DNA of 64,000 bases from an uncultured Nitrososphaeraceae archaeon (GCA_963779615.1 CAVZZA010000003.1:832001-896000); one strand, 5' to 3'. Positions 45,063 through 56,181 are shown, counted from the first letter of the stretch. The notes: generated by a model from the sequence alone, not told the origin. A program made the numbers and translations.

Positions 45063-46109
45063 TTGGTACAAATTTTTCTTAACGGATATGGAAATATTGG
45101 AAGACGTATAGCTACGGCATTATCAAAAGATAAGTCGATCAAATTAGTTGGTATCGCAAAGTATTCACCTGATGAGGAAACTGAAAACGCAATAAATAAA
45201 GGGTATAGTGTTTTTGTTCCCAAAGAACTTGAAAAGCAATTCCAAAATAAAAACTACATGATCAGCGGTACAGTCGAGGAAGCAATAAAGCAAGCCGACA
45301 TTGTCATTGACGCTGCAAAAGAAGGTAAAGGATTCCAAAATAAGAGGAAATATTACATACCATTAAAGAAAAAAGCTATTTTTCAAGGTGGAGAGGACAG
45401 GAATGGAAGATTGTCCGTGGCAAACATAATTCACAACTCCAGAGTCAATTATAATAATACACAAGACCAAGATTATGTAATTCAAGGAAGTTGTAATGTA
45501 ACTGGCATGGGTAGAATAATTCAACCTCTTATTGAAAATTACGGTGATTCGATCGCAAGATATGATGTTAACCTGGTCAGAAGATCTGCAGATTTAGAAG
45601 ACACAAAAGAGATTAAAGACTCTATCGAATGGGACAAACAACCCCATCACCAAGATGATGTAAAAGATTTCATTCCTTCAATAAATTTGTATGTTGATTC
45701 ATTAAAAGTTCCTTCCAGAATGATGCACCTCCATCAAATGGCAATAAGATTTAAAGATAAACCCCCGTCAAAAGACAAAATTCTAGAAATTTTTAATAAA
45801 GAATATGGTGTTGCTGTCATCGACAAAGCAAACGGTACAGCAGACATAAGAAAGAAAGCCATAGAGTTAAACTTTGACCATGGTGATACTGGCATGGTTC
45901 ACATTCATAAAGAAATTCTAAAAATTCAAGATGACATCGTAAAGATATCTTATTCTGACGATCAAACTGGAATGGTAATACCAGAAAATTATATGCTCCT
46001 CCAATCGATGGTTTTTAAGAAGTCAAAAACAGAAGCATTGAAGCAGACAGATAAAATATTCAACATTAAAAAGAAAAGGAAAGTGCTGGAAGAAGAATTT
46101 CAAACATAA
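45063..46109 (+). CDS. gap: Archaeal (class II) glyceraldehyde-3-phosphate dehydrogenase
   Basis: NGYGNIGRR, IFQGGE, catalytic GSCNVT and VIPEN motifs. Confidence 0.92.
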   Translation: MVQIFLNGYGNIGRRIATALSKDKSIKLVGIAKYSPDEETENAINKGYSVFVPKELEKQFQNKNYMISGTVEEAIKQADIVIDAAKEGKGFQNKRKYYIPLKKKAIFQGGEDRNGRLSVANIIHNSRVNYNNTQDQDYVIQGSCNVTGMGRIIQPLIENYGDSIARYDVNLVRRSADLEDTKEIKDSIEWDKQPHHQDDVKDFIPSINLYVDSLKVPSRMMHLHQMAIRFKDKPPSKDKILEIFNKEYGVAVIDKANGTADIRKKAIELNFDHGDTGMVHIHKEILKIQDDIVKISYSDDQTGMVIPENYMLLQSMVFKKSKTEALKQTDKIFNIKKKRKVLEEEFQT

Positions 46110-46627
46110 TTAAAATTTTTCAACAAATAGGAAAAATCGAGTAAAGAGATATTTACAGTCGATAAACAAAACAATGCTAATTTTTATAATTTATAATTTA
46201 TAGAAAATAGTAACATAATGAATAACATAAAAATTAAATGGTATTTAATTTTATAAAACTAATTAAAACACAGTAAAAAAAAGTTAAATTAGGCTCAACT
46301 TTAGTTTTTTTTAAGGTCTTGTATTAATATGATTTTTCACGACAATAACAAATAAGACATTCTATGTGAACTTTAATCATGCAAAATAGCGGTGATTTCT
46401 TTGAACATTCAATAAACATATTTGACAAAAAAAATATTTCTCAAGTCAACCGAATTTAAAACCTAGCAGTAAAAGTTAATCTGAAAGGAAGGAGAACCGA
46501 TGGTTACTACCACTGTTACTACTGATTGTATTCAACTATGGATATAAATTGGCATCATTTTGTTAGATAATTTTTTTTTGCTATTGAATTTATCAAAAAA
46601 AGAAGAAACGATGATGTGACATAATTT

Positions 46628-48145
46628 TCAATTATTTTTTATTCCGAATATACGGTCAAAATAATCAGAGGGTTCTGACAATAATCCTGTGGAAGTGTTC
46701 TCACCTTCTTTTATGTTAGCCAAATTTCTTGCCAATTTTTTCTTGTATTCTAACTGCATTTGTCTTGCAATTTGGATACGTTGAGCCTGCGGAGATCCAG
46801 CACCATGCATAGATTCAGTCAAGTAGCCTACCGCATTTCGCCCCATAGTCATATCTTCAATAAGCCTAGCTATTCGGACTTTATCTTCGGTGGCAACACC
46901 CTTTTTACCTTTCAAATATTTTTCCAAAAGGGGTCCGGTTACAGGGCTTCGAAAATCTTGTTCTGAAGGCATGGTAACCATTAGAGCTCCTGCAATATCT
47001 TGAGCGAGGCGTCCAATTTCATAAGGAAATCGAGTTACGTTATGTTTGCAAACATTCGCAAGCATTTCATCGTTAATGTAGTTGCCAGAGGGAGTTTTAT
47101 AGGCTTGGTGAGAAGAGGCAATTCCAGCAGCAAAGATAGTTTCATTCAGATGAGTCATTTCTATCAGTTTATCTTTGATATGGGAAGCATTTGTAATTCC
47201 ATTATATTCGGCAGCTGAGGCTGCAGCGCCAATCAATACGTCGCCAAGTCCTGTCTTACACACATAACTTCGCCTATGATAACAAGTAAACCTCTCAACC
47301 AAAGTGGCTGCAAAGTCCACCTCGCCATCCATAAAGATTAATTCGTTTGGAATAAACACATTGTCAAAAATAATCAATGCTTCCTGGCCTGAAAATTGAG
47401 CATTACCTGAATCAAGATCACCAGGTTCCATACTTCGAGTATCACAAGACTGTCGTCCATATATGTAAGTAATACCTTTTGCATCAACAGGGATTGCTCC
47501 AACTATAGCATAATCCCTATCTTCAGGCTTTAAGCGCATTGTGGGCATAACTATTAGCCAGTGAGAATTTATGCAACCTGTTTGGTGGGCTTTTGCCCCT
47601 TTAATGTAAACTCCTTTATCATCTCTTTTTACAATATGTACAAACATATCCGGGTCGTCTTGTTGAGACGGAGAAAGGCTACGATCGCCTTTAACATCAG
47701 TCATCGTTCCTCCAATGACCACATTCTCATACTGTATTTTTTTAATAAAATTAACTAGACGATCATGATAGGTTGCATTGTATTTTTTATCCATATCAAA
47801 TGTTGTAGAATATAAAGCATTTATTGCATCCATTCCTACACAGCGTTGAAAACAAGTTCCGGTTTTTTGACCTAACCTTCTTTGCATTCGATTTTGATTT
47901 ACCAGATCCTCAGCACTTTCAACAATATGTAAAAAACGGTTAACCTTTAACCCGGTTAAGGAAGACGTTGTAGAACCTAAATCAGGGTCGTCGACTGCCA
48001 AATCATACGTAGCAGCAAGGGCATTAATTGAAGGTCTGATCATAGGATGATCAACTGGCTCCTTCACCAATTCTCCAAAAAGATAAACTTGTAAATTTCT
48101 ATTTCTCAAACTGTCTATATATTCAGACCCATTTTTAATAGGCAT
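46628..48145 (-). CDS. hcd: 4-hydroxybutyryl-CoA dehydratase (3HP/4HB cycle)
   Basis: TCFQRCVGMD, MTDVKGDRS, GAKAHQTG, HRRSYVCK and ESMHGAGSPQAQ motifs. Confidence 0.95.
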   Translation of the reverse strand: MPIKNGSEYIDSLRNRNLQVYLFGELVKEPVDHPMIRPSINALAATYDLAVDDPDLGSTTSSLTGLKVNRFLHIVESAEDLVNQNRMQRRLGQKTGTCFQRCVGMDAINALYSTTFDMDKKYNATYHDRLVNFIKKIQYENVVIGGTMTDVKGDRSLSPSQQDDPDMFVHIVKRDDKGVYIKGAKAHQTGCINSHWLIVMPTMRLKPEDRDYAIVGAIPVDAKGITYIYGRQSCDTRSMEPGDLDSGNAQFSGQEALIIFDNVFIPNELIFMDGEVDFAATLVERFTCYHRRSYVCKTGLGDVLIGAAASAAEYNGITNASHIKDKLIEMTHLNETIFAAGIASSHQAYKTPSGNYINDEMLANVCKHNVTRFPYEIGRLAQDIAGALMVTMPSEQDFRSPVTGPLLEKYLKGKKGVATEDKVRIARLIEDMTMGRNAVGYLTESMHGAGSPQAQRIQIARQMQLEYKKKLARNLANIKEGENTSTGLLSEPSDYFDRIFGIKNN

Positions 48146-48210
48146 ACTATAATTAGCAAAGGATGATATTTGAATATTCGCATAAAATTAGAAAAAATAA
48201 TTATTAAAAT

Positions 48211-48350
48211 GTGCTTTGTTGCATGATTATTGTAAATCGTTTTTTGTTAGTGTTTTAGCTATTATCCAAAGAGTAACCAGTCATGATTTAATATGGATTA
48301 CCAGGAAGGTGGCATAGTTTTAACTGTATTTCGAATCTTACAGCAAAGCA
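48211..48350. mobile_element. MITE family 1 copy C (140 bp)
   Basis: Ends GTGCTTTGTTGCATGATT and AATCTTACAGCAAAGCA. Perfect 8-bp TSD ATTAAAAT at 48203-48210 and 48351-48358. Confidence 0.9.
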
Positions 48351-48411
48351 ATTAAAATGATAAATCAACAATAAAAAAAAATTTATCCATAGATTCAGAA
48401 TCAAAACATAA

Positions 48412-48756
48412 TTGAATCAAATCAACAATCTTAAAGAAAGCATCATCAGTGCTCTGGAATTAAGTGAAGAAGAGGTAGAAATTTTTTTAGCATTGATAAA
48501 GGAAGGGAAAACATCATCAGTGAATTTTAAGAACCATTTTTTTTCTTCAGCAGAAAAAATGATAGAAAATTGTAAAAAGCTCGAACAAAAAGGAATGATA
48601 ATAGAGATAAAAGAAAATGAATTTCAGGTACTTCACCCAAGATTTGCAATAGTTAACAGATACAGAAGATTATGCGAGGAGAAAAACATCCAATTCAAGA
48701 AAAATTTAAAAATTGACAACATAGGAATAATGCTTGAAAATTATCAGAAAGCATAA
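48412..48756 (+). CDS. TrmB-like HTH protein
   Basis: LELSEEEVEIFLALIKEG...KLEQKGMI...LHPRFAI resembles the TrmB N-terminal wHTH. Confidence 0.6.
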   Translation: MNQINNLKESIISALELSEEEVEIFLALIKEGKTSSVNFKNHFFSSAEKMIENCKKLEQKGMIIEIKENEFQVLHPRFAIVNRYRRLCEEKNIQFKKNLKIDNIGIMLENYQKA

Positions 48757-48809
48757 TAACCATTAGTGCAAGGGCTAAATAAGGGAAAAACCTTAAATAA
48801 ATATCTAGT

Positions 48810-49232
48810 ATGCAATCCTCATCTTCCAATAATCAAGACAAAATTGTTTACTTTGGTGTGATCAACATCAATGAATACGGTAAAAACATAGGAGCAGTTG
48901 ATGTATGGAGAAGTGTAATTACAAAAAAAATATTGTGTGAAGAGAAAAGGCTAGGTATTCTGGACATATCTGAAAATATCGGAATGCCAATTATAGATGA
49001 CAAAGAAATATGGGCGGTAGCAGTCAATAAGCATAGGAAAGGAAAAGATAGATGGAAATTAATAAAATTACCAGAAAAAGGTAAATTTGATTTTACAGAT
49101 ACTGATGATGAGACCAAGATATCGGTAAACGTTGGGAACTTAAGAATAATAGATCCAGATTGGTGGAGCTTTTTAGTTTCAAATAACATTAACAAAAGCG
49201 TAGAAATATCAGAAGAAAAAACACAGAAATGA
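48810..49232 (+). CDS. Conserved hypothetical protein
   Basis: Intact 140-aa ORF in an operon-like arrangement. Confidence 0.7.
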   Translation: MQSSSSNNQDKIVYFGVININEYGKNIGAVDVWRSVITKKILCEEKRLGILDISENIGMPIIDDKEIWAVAVNKHRKGKDRWKLIKLPEKGKFDFTDTDDETKISVNVGNLRIIDPDWWSFLVSNNINKSVEISEEKTQK

Positions 49233-49546
49233 TATCCGATATTCCCGAAAAATACAATCAAATTAATTTCAAAATACATATCAAAAACGTAGCAGAAGGA
49301 GCGGTAGCTAGTAAGTTATCAGGATTTTTTTCAATTGACAACAATATATTTAATTTTAAAGCAGTAGCATTTGGAAGAATAGGAGGTCAAAACATTAACA
49401 TAAAGATATCTGATACAAAATATAATCAAATTAAAAATATGGGCATGGATCCTGAAGTAATCTTAAGCATAATTCAAAAAAAGATAATTGAAGGAGATAT
49501 AACTTTTGACGAAAAAGATTTGAAAAGAAGAACAGAAATGGAATAG
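49229..49546 (+). CDS. Conserved hypothetical protein
   Basis: ATGA overlap with the upstream gene; FKAVAFGRIGGQNI motif. Confidence 0.7.
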   Translation: MISDIPEKYNQINFKIHIKNVAEGAVASKLSGFFSIDNNIFNFKAVAFGRIGGQNINIKISDTKYNQIKNMGMDPEVILSIIQKKIIEGDITFDEKDLKRRTEME

Positions 49547-49556
49547 ATGATACTAA

Positions 49557-50369
49557 TCACAGTAATGCCTCACTCAATGCAGAACCACAAGTACAATCAT
49601 TTCTACTATCAGATATTAATGGCACTAATTTTGAGATTATTGTCCGGGTAATTTCTGCATTCTTATGCAATGTTTCAATAACCTCTTTAGTGGATACAGG
49701 TTGTTCTGCCCAAACGTCATAATCCGTTATTGTTGAAATAGACAAATAACAAATTTCGCTTTCCCTGGCTAAAACACATTCAGGGATCAAAGTCATTCCT
49801 ATAATATCGGCATGATATACATCCTTAAATATTTTAGATTCTGACCGGGTGGAAAATCGTGGCCCTTCAACACAAACATAAGTTCCCTTATCATGAAATT
49901 TTATACCAAGATCATGGATGCATTTATTAGCGATTTTTCTTAAATATATACAAAAAGGATCTGCCATGGATATATGGCACACTTGTGAACCATCAAAGAA
50001 TGAATAATTTCTATTCTTTGTAAAATCAATAAATTGATCAGGCAACATTATATCTCCAGGAGCATAATTATAGTTTAGGCTACCTACCGCAGAAGGTGCG
50101 ATTATTCTCTTTACCCCCAGATCCTTTAAAGCCCATACATTAGCTCGATAATTGATCATATGAGGAGGAATTTTATGACCTTTACCATGCCTGGGAAGAA
50201 ATGCAATTTTTTTCTCACCGGCCATACCCACAATTATAGAATCGGATATAGGACCATAAGGAGTATGAGGTTTAATGGTTTTTATTTCCTGAAACAGGTC
50301 ATTATCGTATATACCAGTACCACCAATTATTGCGATCTCTACTGAATCCTTGTCTTTATTGTCACACAT
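49557..50369 (-). CDS. mtnP: S-methyl-5'-thioadenosine phosphorylase
   Basis: IIGGTG, PRHGKGH, EGPRFST, GMT..PE..LARE and TDYDVW motifs. Confidence 0.95.
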   Translation of the reverse strand: MCDNKDKDSVEIAIIGGTGIYDNDLFQEIKTIKPHTPYGPISDSIIVGMAGEKKIAFLPRHGKGHKIPPHMINYRANVWALKDLGVKRIIAPSAVGSLNYNYAPGDIMLPDQFIDFTKNRNYSFFDGSQVCHISMADPFCIYLRKIANKCIHDLGIKFHDKGTYVCVEGPRFSTRSESKIFKDVYHADIIGMTLIPECVLARESEICYLSISTITDYDVWAEQPVSTKEVIETLHKNAEITRTIISKLVPLISDSRNDCTCGSALSEALL

Positions 50370-50903
50370 TTAATAAATCACCATCGAGTTAACAGAATAC
50401 CCTTTTTCCCGCAACAAATTTCCTCCGCCAAGTGAAGATAATTCCACTATAAATGCAAATCCAACTACATTGCCACCAAGCGTTTCCACTAATTTTGCTG
50501 CAGCAAGGGCTGTTCCGCCAGTTGCCAATAGATCATCAGCAATCAATACATCTTCGTCTTGTTTAATAGATTCGGACTGTAGCTCCATTATTGCGTTACC
50601 ATATTCTATATCATATGTTTGTTTTACTGTACTGCCGGGCAATTTTCCCGCTTTTCTTACCATAATTACACCTGTATTAAATTTCAGTCCTAATACTGTA
50701 GACAATATAAGCCCACGGGCTTCGATCCCAGCTACATAATTTATATGACTAGTTTTAAATCGTTCATAAAAATATTCGCCCATTAAGGCCAGCGATTGGT
50801 TGTCCTTAAACACTGGAGTAATGTCTCTAAATAAAACACCTTGTTTTGGGAAATCATGGTAATTTTTAATAAGACTTTGAATATGATTTTTATCCATATA
50901 CAT
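50370..50903 (-). CDS. apt: Adenine phosphoribosyltransferase
   Basis: DFPKQGVLFRDIT, GIEARG, RKAGKLP and DDLLATGGT motifs. Confidence 0.95.
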   Translation of the reverse strand: MYMDKNHIQSLIKNYHDFPKQGVLFRDITPVFKDNQSLALMGEYFYERFKTSHINYVAGIEARGLILSTVLGLKFNTGVIMVRKAGKLPGSTVKQTYDIEYGNAIMELQSESIKQDEDVLIADDLLATGGTALAAAKLVETLGGNVVGFAFIVELSSLGGGNLLREKGYSVNSMVIY

Positions 50904-51003
50904 AAACTTTTTTTATTTATACCCGTAAAAAACATTTCTAGAATAATCAATGGATATAAATAGTATTTATGTAGACAATGCGGAAAATAAATAGAGAATT
51001 CCT

Positions 51004-51609
51004 ATGAAATTATCCGATGCACGAAAAGATCAGTATAGAAAACTTGCAAAAGAAAATATGTACAGAAGTCGGGCGATATACAAATTATCTCAGTTGAACA
51101 AATCACACCATTTTCTAAAAGAAGGAATGAAAGTTATTGACATTGGAGCAGCTCCGGGGGGATGGCTACAGCTTGCTTCTAAAATAACCGGTTCAAAAGG
51201 CACTGTTATCGGAATAGATTTGAAAGAAATAGAACCGATCCCTAATGTAATCACAATTGTCGGAAGCATAGAAAACGAAAAAGATATAGACAAATTAATC
51301 AGCTTAATAAATGGCAAGGCAGACGTGGTATCTTCAGATTTAGCCCCAAATGTATCGGGTTTATGGGAGATGGATCACTTGAAACAAATAGATCTTACGA
51401 GAAAAGCATTGGAGTTTACAAAAATAGTATTGAAAGAAAATGGTTATGCGCTATACAAAGTTTTCCAAGGAGAAGACACTGCCGAATTTATAAATTATTT
51501 AAAAGAATTTTTTCTAAACGTAGTTATAACAAAACCTGACGCCAGCAGAAAACAAAGCAGTGAAATATACATATTATGCAAAAAACACAAAAAAAAATTA
51601 CAAAAATAG
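51004..51609 (+). CDS. rlmE: 23S rRNA Um2552 methyltransferase (RlmE/FtsJ)
   Basis: YRSRAIYKL, DIGAAPGGW, SDLAPN, KVFQG and KPDASRKQSSE motifs. Confidence 0.94.
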   Translation: MKLSDARKDQYRKLAKENMYRSRAIYKLSQLNKSHHFLKEGMKVIDIGAAPGGWLQLASKITGSKGTVIGIDLKEIEPIPNVITIVGSIENEKDIDKLISLINGKADVVSSDLAPNVSGLWEMDHLKQIDLTRKALEFTKIVLKENGYALYKVFQGEDTAEFINYLKEFFLNVVITKPDASRKQSSEIYILCKKHKKKLQK

Positions 51610-51643
51610 AGTAAAAAAGATCTTCAATTCAAATCATAAAGAA

Positions 51644-52766
51644 CTAAAGTAATTTTTCTGCCTCTTCAAGTTTGGAAACCTCACCATATTTATGAACAAG
51701 ACTCCTTAGTTTTTTTTGCGGGCCACCATTATCTAAAGACTCCTTTACGACGGATATTCCTTCTTTAAACGAATTTACCAAGTTTCCAGTTAATAATATT
51801 GCGGCACTGTTTAACAATACAACATTTTCCTTGTACTTGTTTGATTTAATTCCATAAATTACACGCATTGTTTCCATTACTGACTGGGACTTATTTTTTA
51901 CAGTAAGCTCATTCAATGTAGATTTTGGCAATCCAAGAATCAGAGGGCCCCAAAGTAAACTCTTTAAAAGAATATATGCCATTATCTTGAAGAGACACGT
52001 TGATAATGGTATTTTTACAACTAGTAGACAATTCATCCATTCCATCATGTGAATAAACAACCATAGCGTTTTTTAGCCCTAAAAGTGGTATCATTTTTGG
52101 TACAATATGTAATAAAATTGGATCGGAGACACCAATAACTTGACCATATAAGTTTGAACATGGATTGCATAGGGGGCCTATTTTATTGAAAATTGTACGC
52201 AAACCTAATTCTTTTCTCACATGTGAAGCATTTTTTAAACCAGGATGAAACTTGGGTGCAAAGATAAAACCAAAACCAAGTAATTCAATAGATTGAGCAA
52301 CCAAATTAGGTTCGATGTCTAAATTGTAACCCAAATATTCAAAAAAATCTGCACTTCCACTTTGACTTGATGAAGATCTATTACCATGTTTAGCAATAAC
52401 AACTCCATTACAAGAGCTTGCCACTAGAGCAGATGCAGTACTTATATTAAAAGTATTTAAAAAATCGCCCCCAGTTCCGCAATTGTCTATAATAGGAAGG
52501 TTGACAGATGGAGAAATTTTGATGGACTTAGATTTTATGGCTTTGACTGTTCCACTAATTTCATCTAAATTTTCACCATTTAACAATAAAGCCATCAAAA
52601 ACGCTGAAATAAATATTTCAGAACATTCACCATTAAGAATATTAAGAACAACATCAAAAATTTCTGTTCTACTAAGATTTTTTTTTTCAGCTAATTTTTT
52701 TAATATGCATTGGTTTTGAGTCCTATTTCCACCAAAGTAATCGAATTTTTGATTGGCGGTGTTCAT
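51644..52766 (-). CDS. trpD: Anthranilate phosphoribosyltransferase (one frameshift ~51940)
   Basis: DNCGTGGD, NISTAS, AKHGNRS and GMDELS motifs. The C-terminus (VVLLNSAA) is in a second frame. Confidence 0.92.
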
Positions 52767-53353
52767 TTTTTTATCACACTAATAAAATTCGATAAAATTT
52801 TTTTTCCTTCTCCGGTTAAAATGGATTCTGGATGAAATTGTATACCTTCTATAAAATATTTTTCGTGTTTTACCCCCATTATTTCTCTATCATCCAAAGA
52901 TTGAGATGTTATCTTTAAACATCTAGGTAGAGACTCTTTATCCGCAACAAGAGAATGATATCGAGTAGCAATAAATGGATTAATTACATTTTCAAATAAA
53001 CTAGAATTTGAATAATATTCAATCACACTAGTTTTGCCATGTTTGATTTTTACCGCCCTTTTGACTTTTCCACCATAAGCATGCACTATTCCCTGATGGC
53101 CCAGACAAATCCCCAAGATTGGAAATTTATGCCCCAACTGAGTTATAACATTATTGCAAATTCCAAAATCCTTTTTAAATTTAGGGTGACCTGGGCCTGG
53201 CGATATAACAATTGCATCGGGATCCATTTTTAAGATATCTTTTAAAGTAATTTTATTATTTCTTTCTACAAATGGAGTGGTATTAAGAACCCCCATCACT
53301 TGAGCAATATTATAAACAAATGAATCATAATTATCGATAATTAGTATTTTCAT
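52763..53353 (-). CDS. trpG: Anthranilate synthase component II (glutamine amidotransferase)
   Basis: IDNYDSF, SPGPG, GICLGHQ, RYHSL and QFHPES motifs. Confidence 0.94.
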   Translation of the reverse strand: MKILIIDNYDSFVYNIAQVMGVLNTTPFVERNNKITLKDILKMDPDAIVISPGPGHPKFKKDFGICNNVITQLGHKFPILGICLGHQGIVHAYGGKVKRAVKIKHGKTSVIEYYSNSSLFENVINPFIATRYHSLVADKESLPRCLKITSQSLDDREIMGVKHEKYFIEGIQFHPESILTGEGKKILSNFISVIKK

Positions 53354-53410
53354 TTATTTTTAAGACCATACTCTATTAACATGAAGGTAACTATATCGTT
53401 ATCTAAAGTA

Positions 53411-54322
53411 TCAACTCAAAGATAACAAACTCTTATACTTTTTATACCTAGCCATAACATCATTGAAATCAATGTCCACTAGTTTATTTATTCCAAAGTC
53501 TTCTATTGCAAATGTGCCCATAATATTTCCAAACATGATTGACTCCTTAACCAAATCAAGATTGTCAAAAAAGTTTTTTTGATATTTTGAAATAAGAAAG
53601 CCAATAAAACCACCAGCAAATGAATCACCAGCACCGGTTGGGTCAACAACATCTTCTAAAGGGAATCCAGGAATTGGAAAAACATCATCATTGTAAAAGA
53701 GAAGAACTCCATGTTCTCCTTTTTTTATTATAACAAATTTTGGTCCCCATGAAAGGATTTGTTTTCCGCATTTAATTAAATTAGACGCATTACACAACAG
53801 CCTTGCTTCTTGATCATTTATTATCACACCGTTGGTTTGCTCCATCATAGATATTACCGAATTTTTTTTCTCTCGAATCCAAAATTCAATTGTATCACAA
53901 ACAACCAACTCTGGCTGATTAAATTTTTTTAGTATTTTTATATTTTGATCCGGATCATTATTAGCAAGATAAACAAATTTTGAGTTTGCATACTCTAATG
54001 GGACAACAGGTTCATAGTTTTCTATGACATTTAGTTCCGTTTTATTAGTGGTTCTATGTGACAAATCATAATCAAAAGAAGAATCGTAAAAAAATGTTTT
54101 TTTCTCATTGTGTTTCATCAGCCCCCTTATGTCAATCCTATTTTCTAGAAGAATTTGATAATTTTGAGGAAAATCATGCCCCACTATACCGATTAATGAC
54201 ACAGGCACAAAAAAAGATCCGGACAAAGAGGCATAAGTAGCGGCTCCTCCCAATATACGCTCTTTTGTTTGAAATGGAGTTCTAGTGGTATCCAAAGCTA
54301 TTGAGCCAAAAACTGTTAGCAC
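53411..54322 (-). CDS. PfkB-family carbohydrate/nucleoside kinase
   Basis: GSIALD, LGGAATY and DPTGAGDSFAGG motifs. Probable GTG start at 54322. Confidence 0.9.
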   Translation of the reverse strand: MLTVFGSIALDTTRTPFQTKERILGGAATYASLSGSFFVPVSLIGIVGHDFPQNYQILLENRIDIRGLMKHNEKKTFFYDSSFDYDLSHRTTNKTELNVIENYEPVVPLEYANSKFVYLANNDPDQNIKILKKFNQPELVVCDTIEFWIREKKNSVISMMEQTNGVIINDQEARLLCNASNLIKCGKQILSWGPKFVIIKKGEHGVLLFYNDDVFPIPGFPLEDVVDPTGAGDSFAGGFIGFLISKYQKNFFDNLDLVKESIMFGNIMGTFAIEDFGINKLVDIDFNDVMARYKKYKSLLSLS

Positions 54323-54383
54323 ATAAAAAAAAATAAAGGCATCAAATATAAAATATTGGAATAGAAGTATATCAAACAACTAT

Positions 54384-54953
54384 ATGGAGAGAAAATTCAA
54401 AATAGTAGTGGGAATTACAGGGAGTTCGGGGGTAATCTATGGAATAAAATTACTGTATTTTTTGAACAGATTTGAAGTTGAAACCCATGTAGTTTTAAGC
54501 AAATGGGCCGAAAAAAATATAGAAATTGAAACCGATGAGAATATAACGCAAATAAAAAAACTGGCAGCGTTTGAATATAAAGAAAATGATATGGCAGCCT
54601 CGATTTCTAGCGGCTCTTTTAAGACAAATGGGATGATAATAATCCCCTGTAGTATGAAAACACTGGCAAGCATAGCAAATGGATATGATGACAATTTAAT
54701 ATCAAGAGCGGCATCAGTTACCATCAAAGAGAATAGAAAGCTAGTAATTGTTCCCCGAGAAACGCCTTTATCGCAAATCCATCTTTCCAATATGCTAAAA
54801 CTTGCAAAAATAGGAGTTATTGTTTTACCCGCCATGCCTGGCTTTTATCACAGACCAAAAACAGTAAATGATTTAGTATTACACATCGTAGGTAAAACTT
54901 TAGATCAGTTTGGGATAAATAACGATGTTTTTAAAAGATGGGAGAATAATTAA
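54384..54953 (+). CDS. ubiX: Flavin prenyltransferase
   Basis: GITGSSG, SSGS, PCSMKTLA, PRETP and PAMPGFYHRP motifs. Confidence 0.93.
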   Translation: MERKFKIVVGITGSSGVIYGIKLLYFLNRFEVETHVVLSKWAEKNIEIETDENITQIKKLAAFEYKENDMAASISSGSFKTNGMIIIPCSMKTLASIANGYDDNLISRAASVTIKENRKLVIVPRETPLSQIHLSNMLKLAKIGVIVLPAMPGFYHRPKTVNDLVLHIVGKTLDQFGINNDVFKRWENN

Positions 54954-55262
54954 ACTTAACTTATTTAAAATTATAATAATAATTTGAATAGAGTTAATAT
55001 TCATGTAATTAGGCAACTAATTTATACTGTCATATGCTGCCGTATTGAAACCACCAACTATAAAAAAACAAGTTTTTCTCGTTGATCACTGTAGAAGAAT
55101 AAATCGAAGGGTAGAAAAAACACAGAAACATATGGTCTTTTTAAAAGCAATTAGTAGAAGGTCTAATACGAATTGTACATAACATTATCAGGTTATCGAA
55201 ATGAAATTAACATGATAAAATTGAATTAAAACATTATTTCAACCCAAACTAGCAGACAATCA

Positions 55263-55847
55263 TCATTTACCATCATTCTTTTCCCAAAGATCCATTTTCT
55301 CTAGTTTTTTCTTTCTTCTATATTCTTCAAGCATATGATAAACAGATTTATGCGAGCTTCCTTTGCATAACATTGTAACAGCATTAACTGCCAGGTTAGT
55401 TTCTTCGTAATTTCCAATAAAACCTACAAAATGGCCATATACAGACAAGTAGGCACCTGTAAAATCTTCAACATTTCTCCTAGTTTTGCCACTCTGACCT
55501 ATTATTCTAGACTTAATTCTTTCAAGAGAATTTATAGATTTGCCAGAATATTCCCTCAAATCAACAAACTGAAGAACATTTTCCTCATTTAACAAACTAT
55601 ATGCTCTTTGTGGAGAAAATCCCTTTGAAACAGCCGTGATTATTTCCGATGCTTTAAAAACTCCAACATCAATTGATGGATTATCGTTTTTAAATCCAAT
55701 ACTAACATCTCCTGATTCTCCATCAATATCAAGGTGTACATTACATTTGGACTCTATTTCCAATTTAACCAAGCCTTTTTTTCCAACTAATGCACCAATT
55801 CTATCTTTTGAAACCTTAATTACTTTGAAAATCCCGTTAAAAGTCAC
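55263..55847 (-). CDS. KH-domain pre-rRNA processing protein (Dim2/Pno1-like)
   Basis: RIGALVGKKG, GFSPQRA, RIIGQSGKTR and GSSHKSVY motifs. Confidence 0.88.
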   Translation of the reverse strand: MTFNGIFKVIKVSKDRIGALVGKKGLVKLEIESKCNVHLDIDGESGDVSIGFKNDNPSIDVGVFKASEIITAVSKGFSPQRAYSLLNEENVLQFVDLREYSGKSINSLERIKSRIIGQSGKTRRNVEDFTGAYLSVYGHFVGFIGNYEETNLAVNAVTMLCKGSSHKSVYHMLEEYRRKKKLEKMDLWEKNDGK

Positions 55848-55924
55848 AATAAATAATAAATAAAACGGTCTAAAAAATATTTCAACACAAAGGTGAAATA
55901 ATAAGAATCATACCAGTAACTGAT

Positions 55925-56179
55925 TCAACCACCGTGAACAACAGATAGAATAGTTACAATATCTCCTGAGGAAATTTTTGCATTATATCCTCCTAATAGT
56001 GAAGATTCAATTCCGTTGATAGCGATCATGATATCATTTTTATTTATTGTATTATTGGAGTAAAAATTATTTTCCAAATAAGAAATAATCCCAGTGACAC
56101 TTGATGATTCTTCATTTATTTTTAATTTTGAATGTCCCACTAATTTTTTAATACCACCAAGCAAATTGATTTCAATCAT
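55925..56179 (-). CDS. MoaD/ThiS/SAMP ubiquitin-like sulfur carrier
   Basis: Beta-grasp-sized ORF ending in VHGG. Confidence 0.88.
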   Translation of the reverse strand: MIEINLLGGIKKLVGHSKLKINEESSSVTGIISYLENNFYSNNTINKNDIMIAINGIESSLLGGYNAKISSGDIVTILSVVHGG

Positions 56180-56181
56180 AT

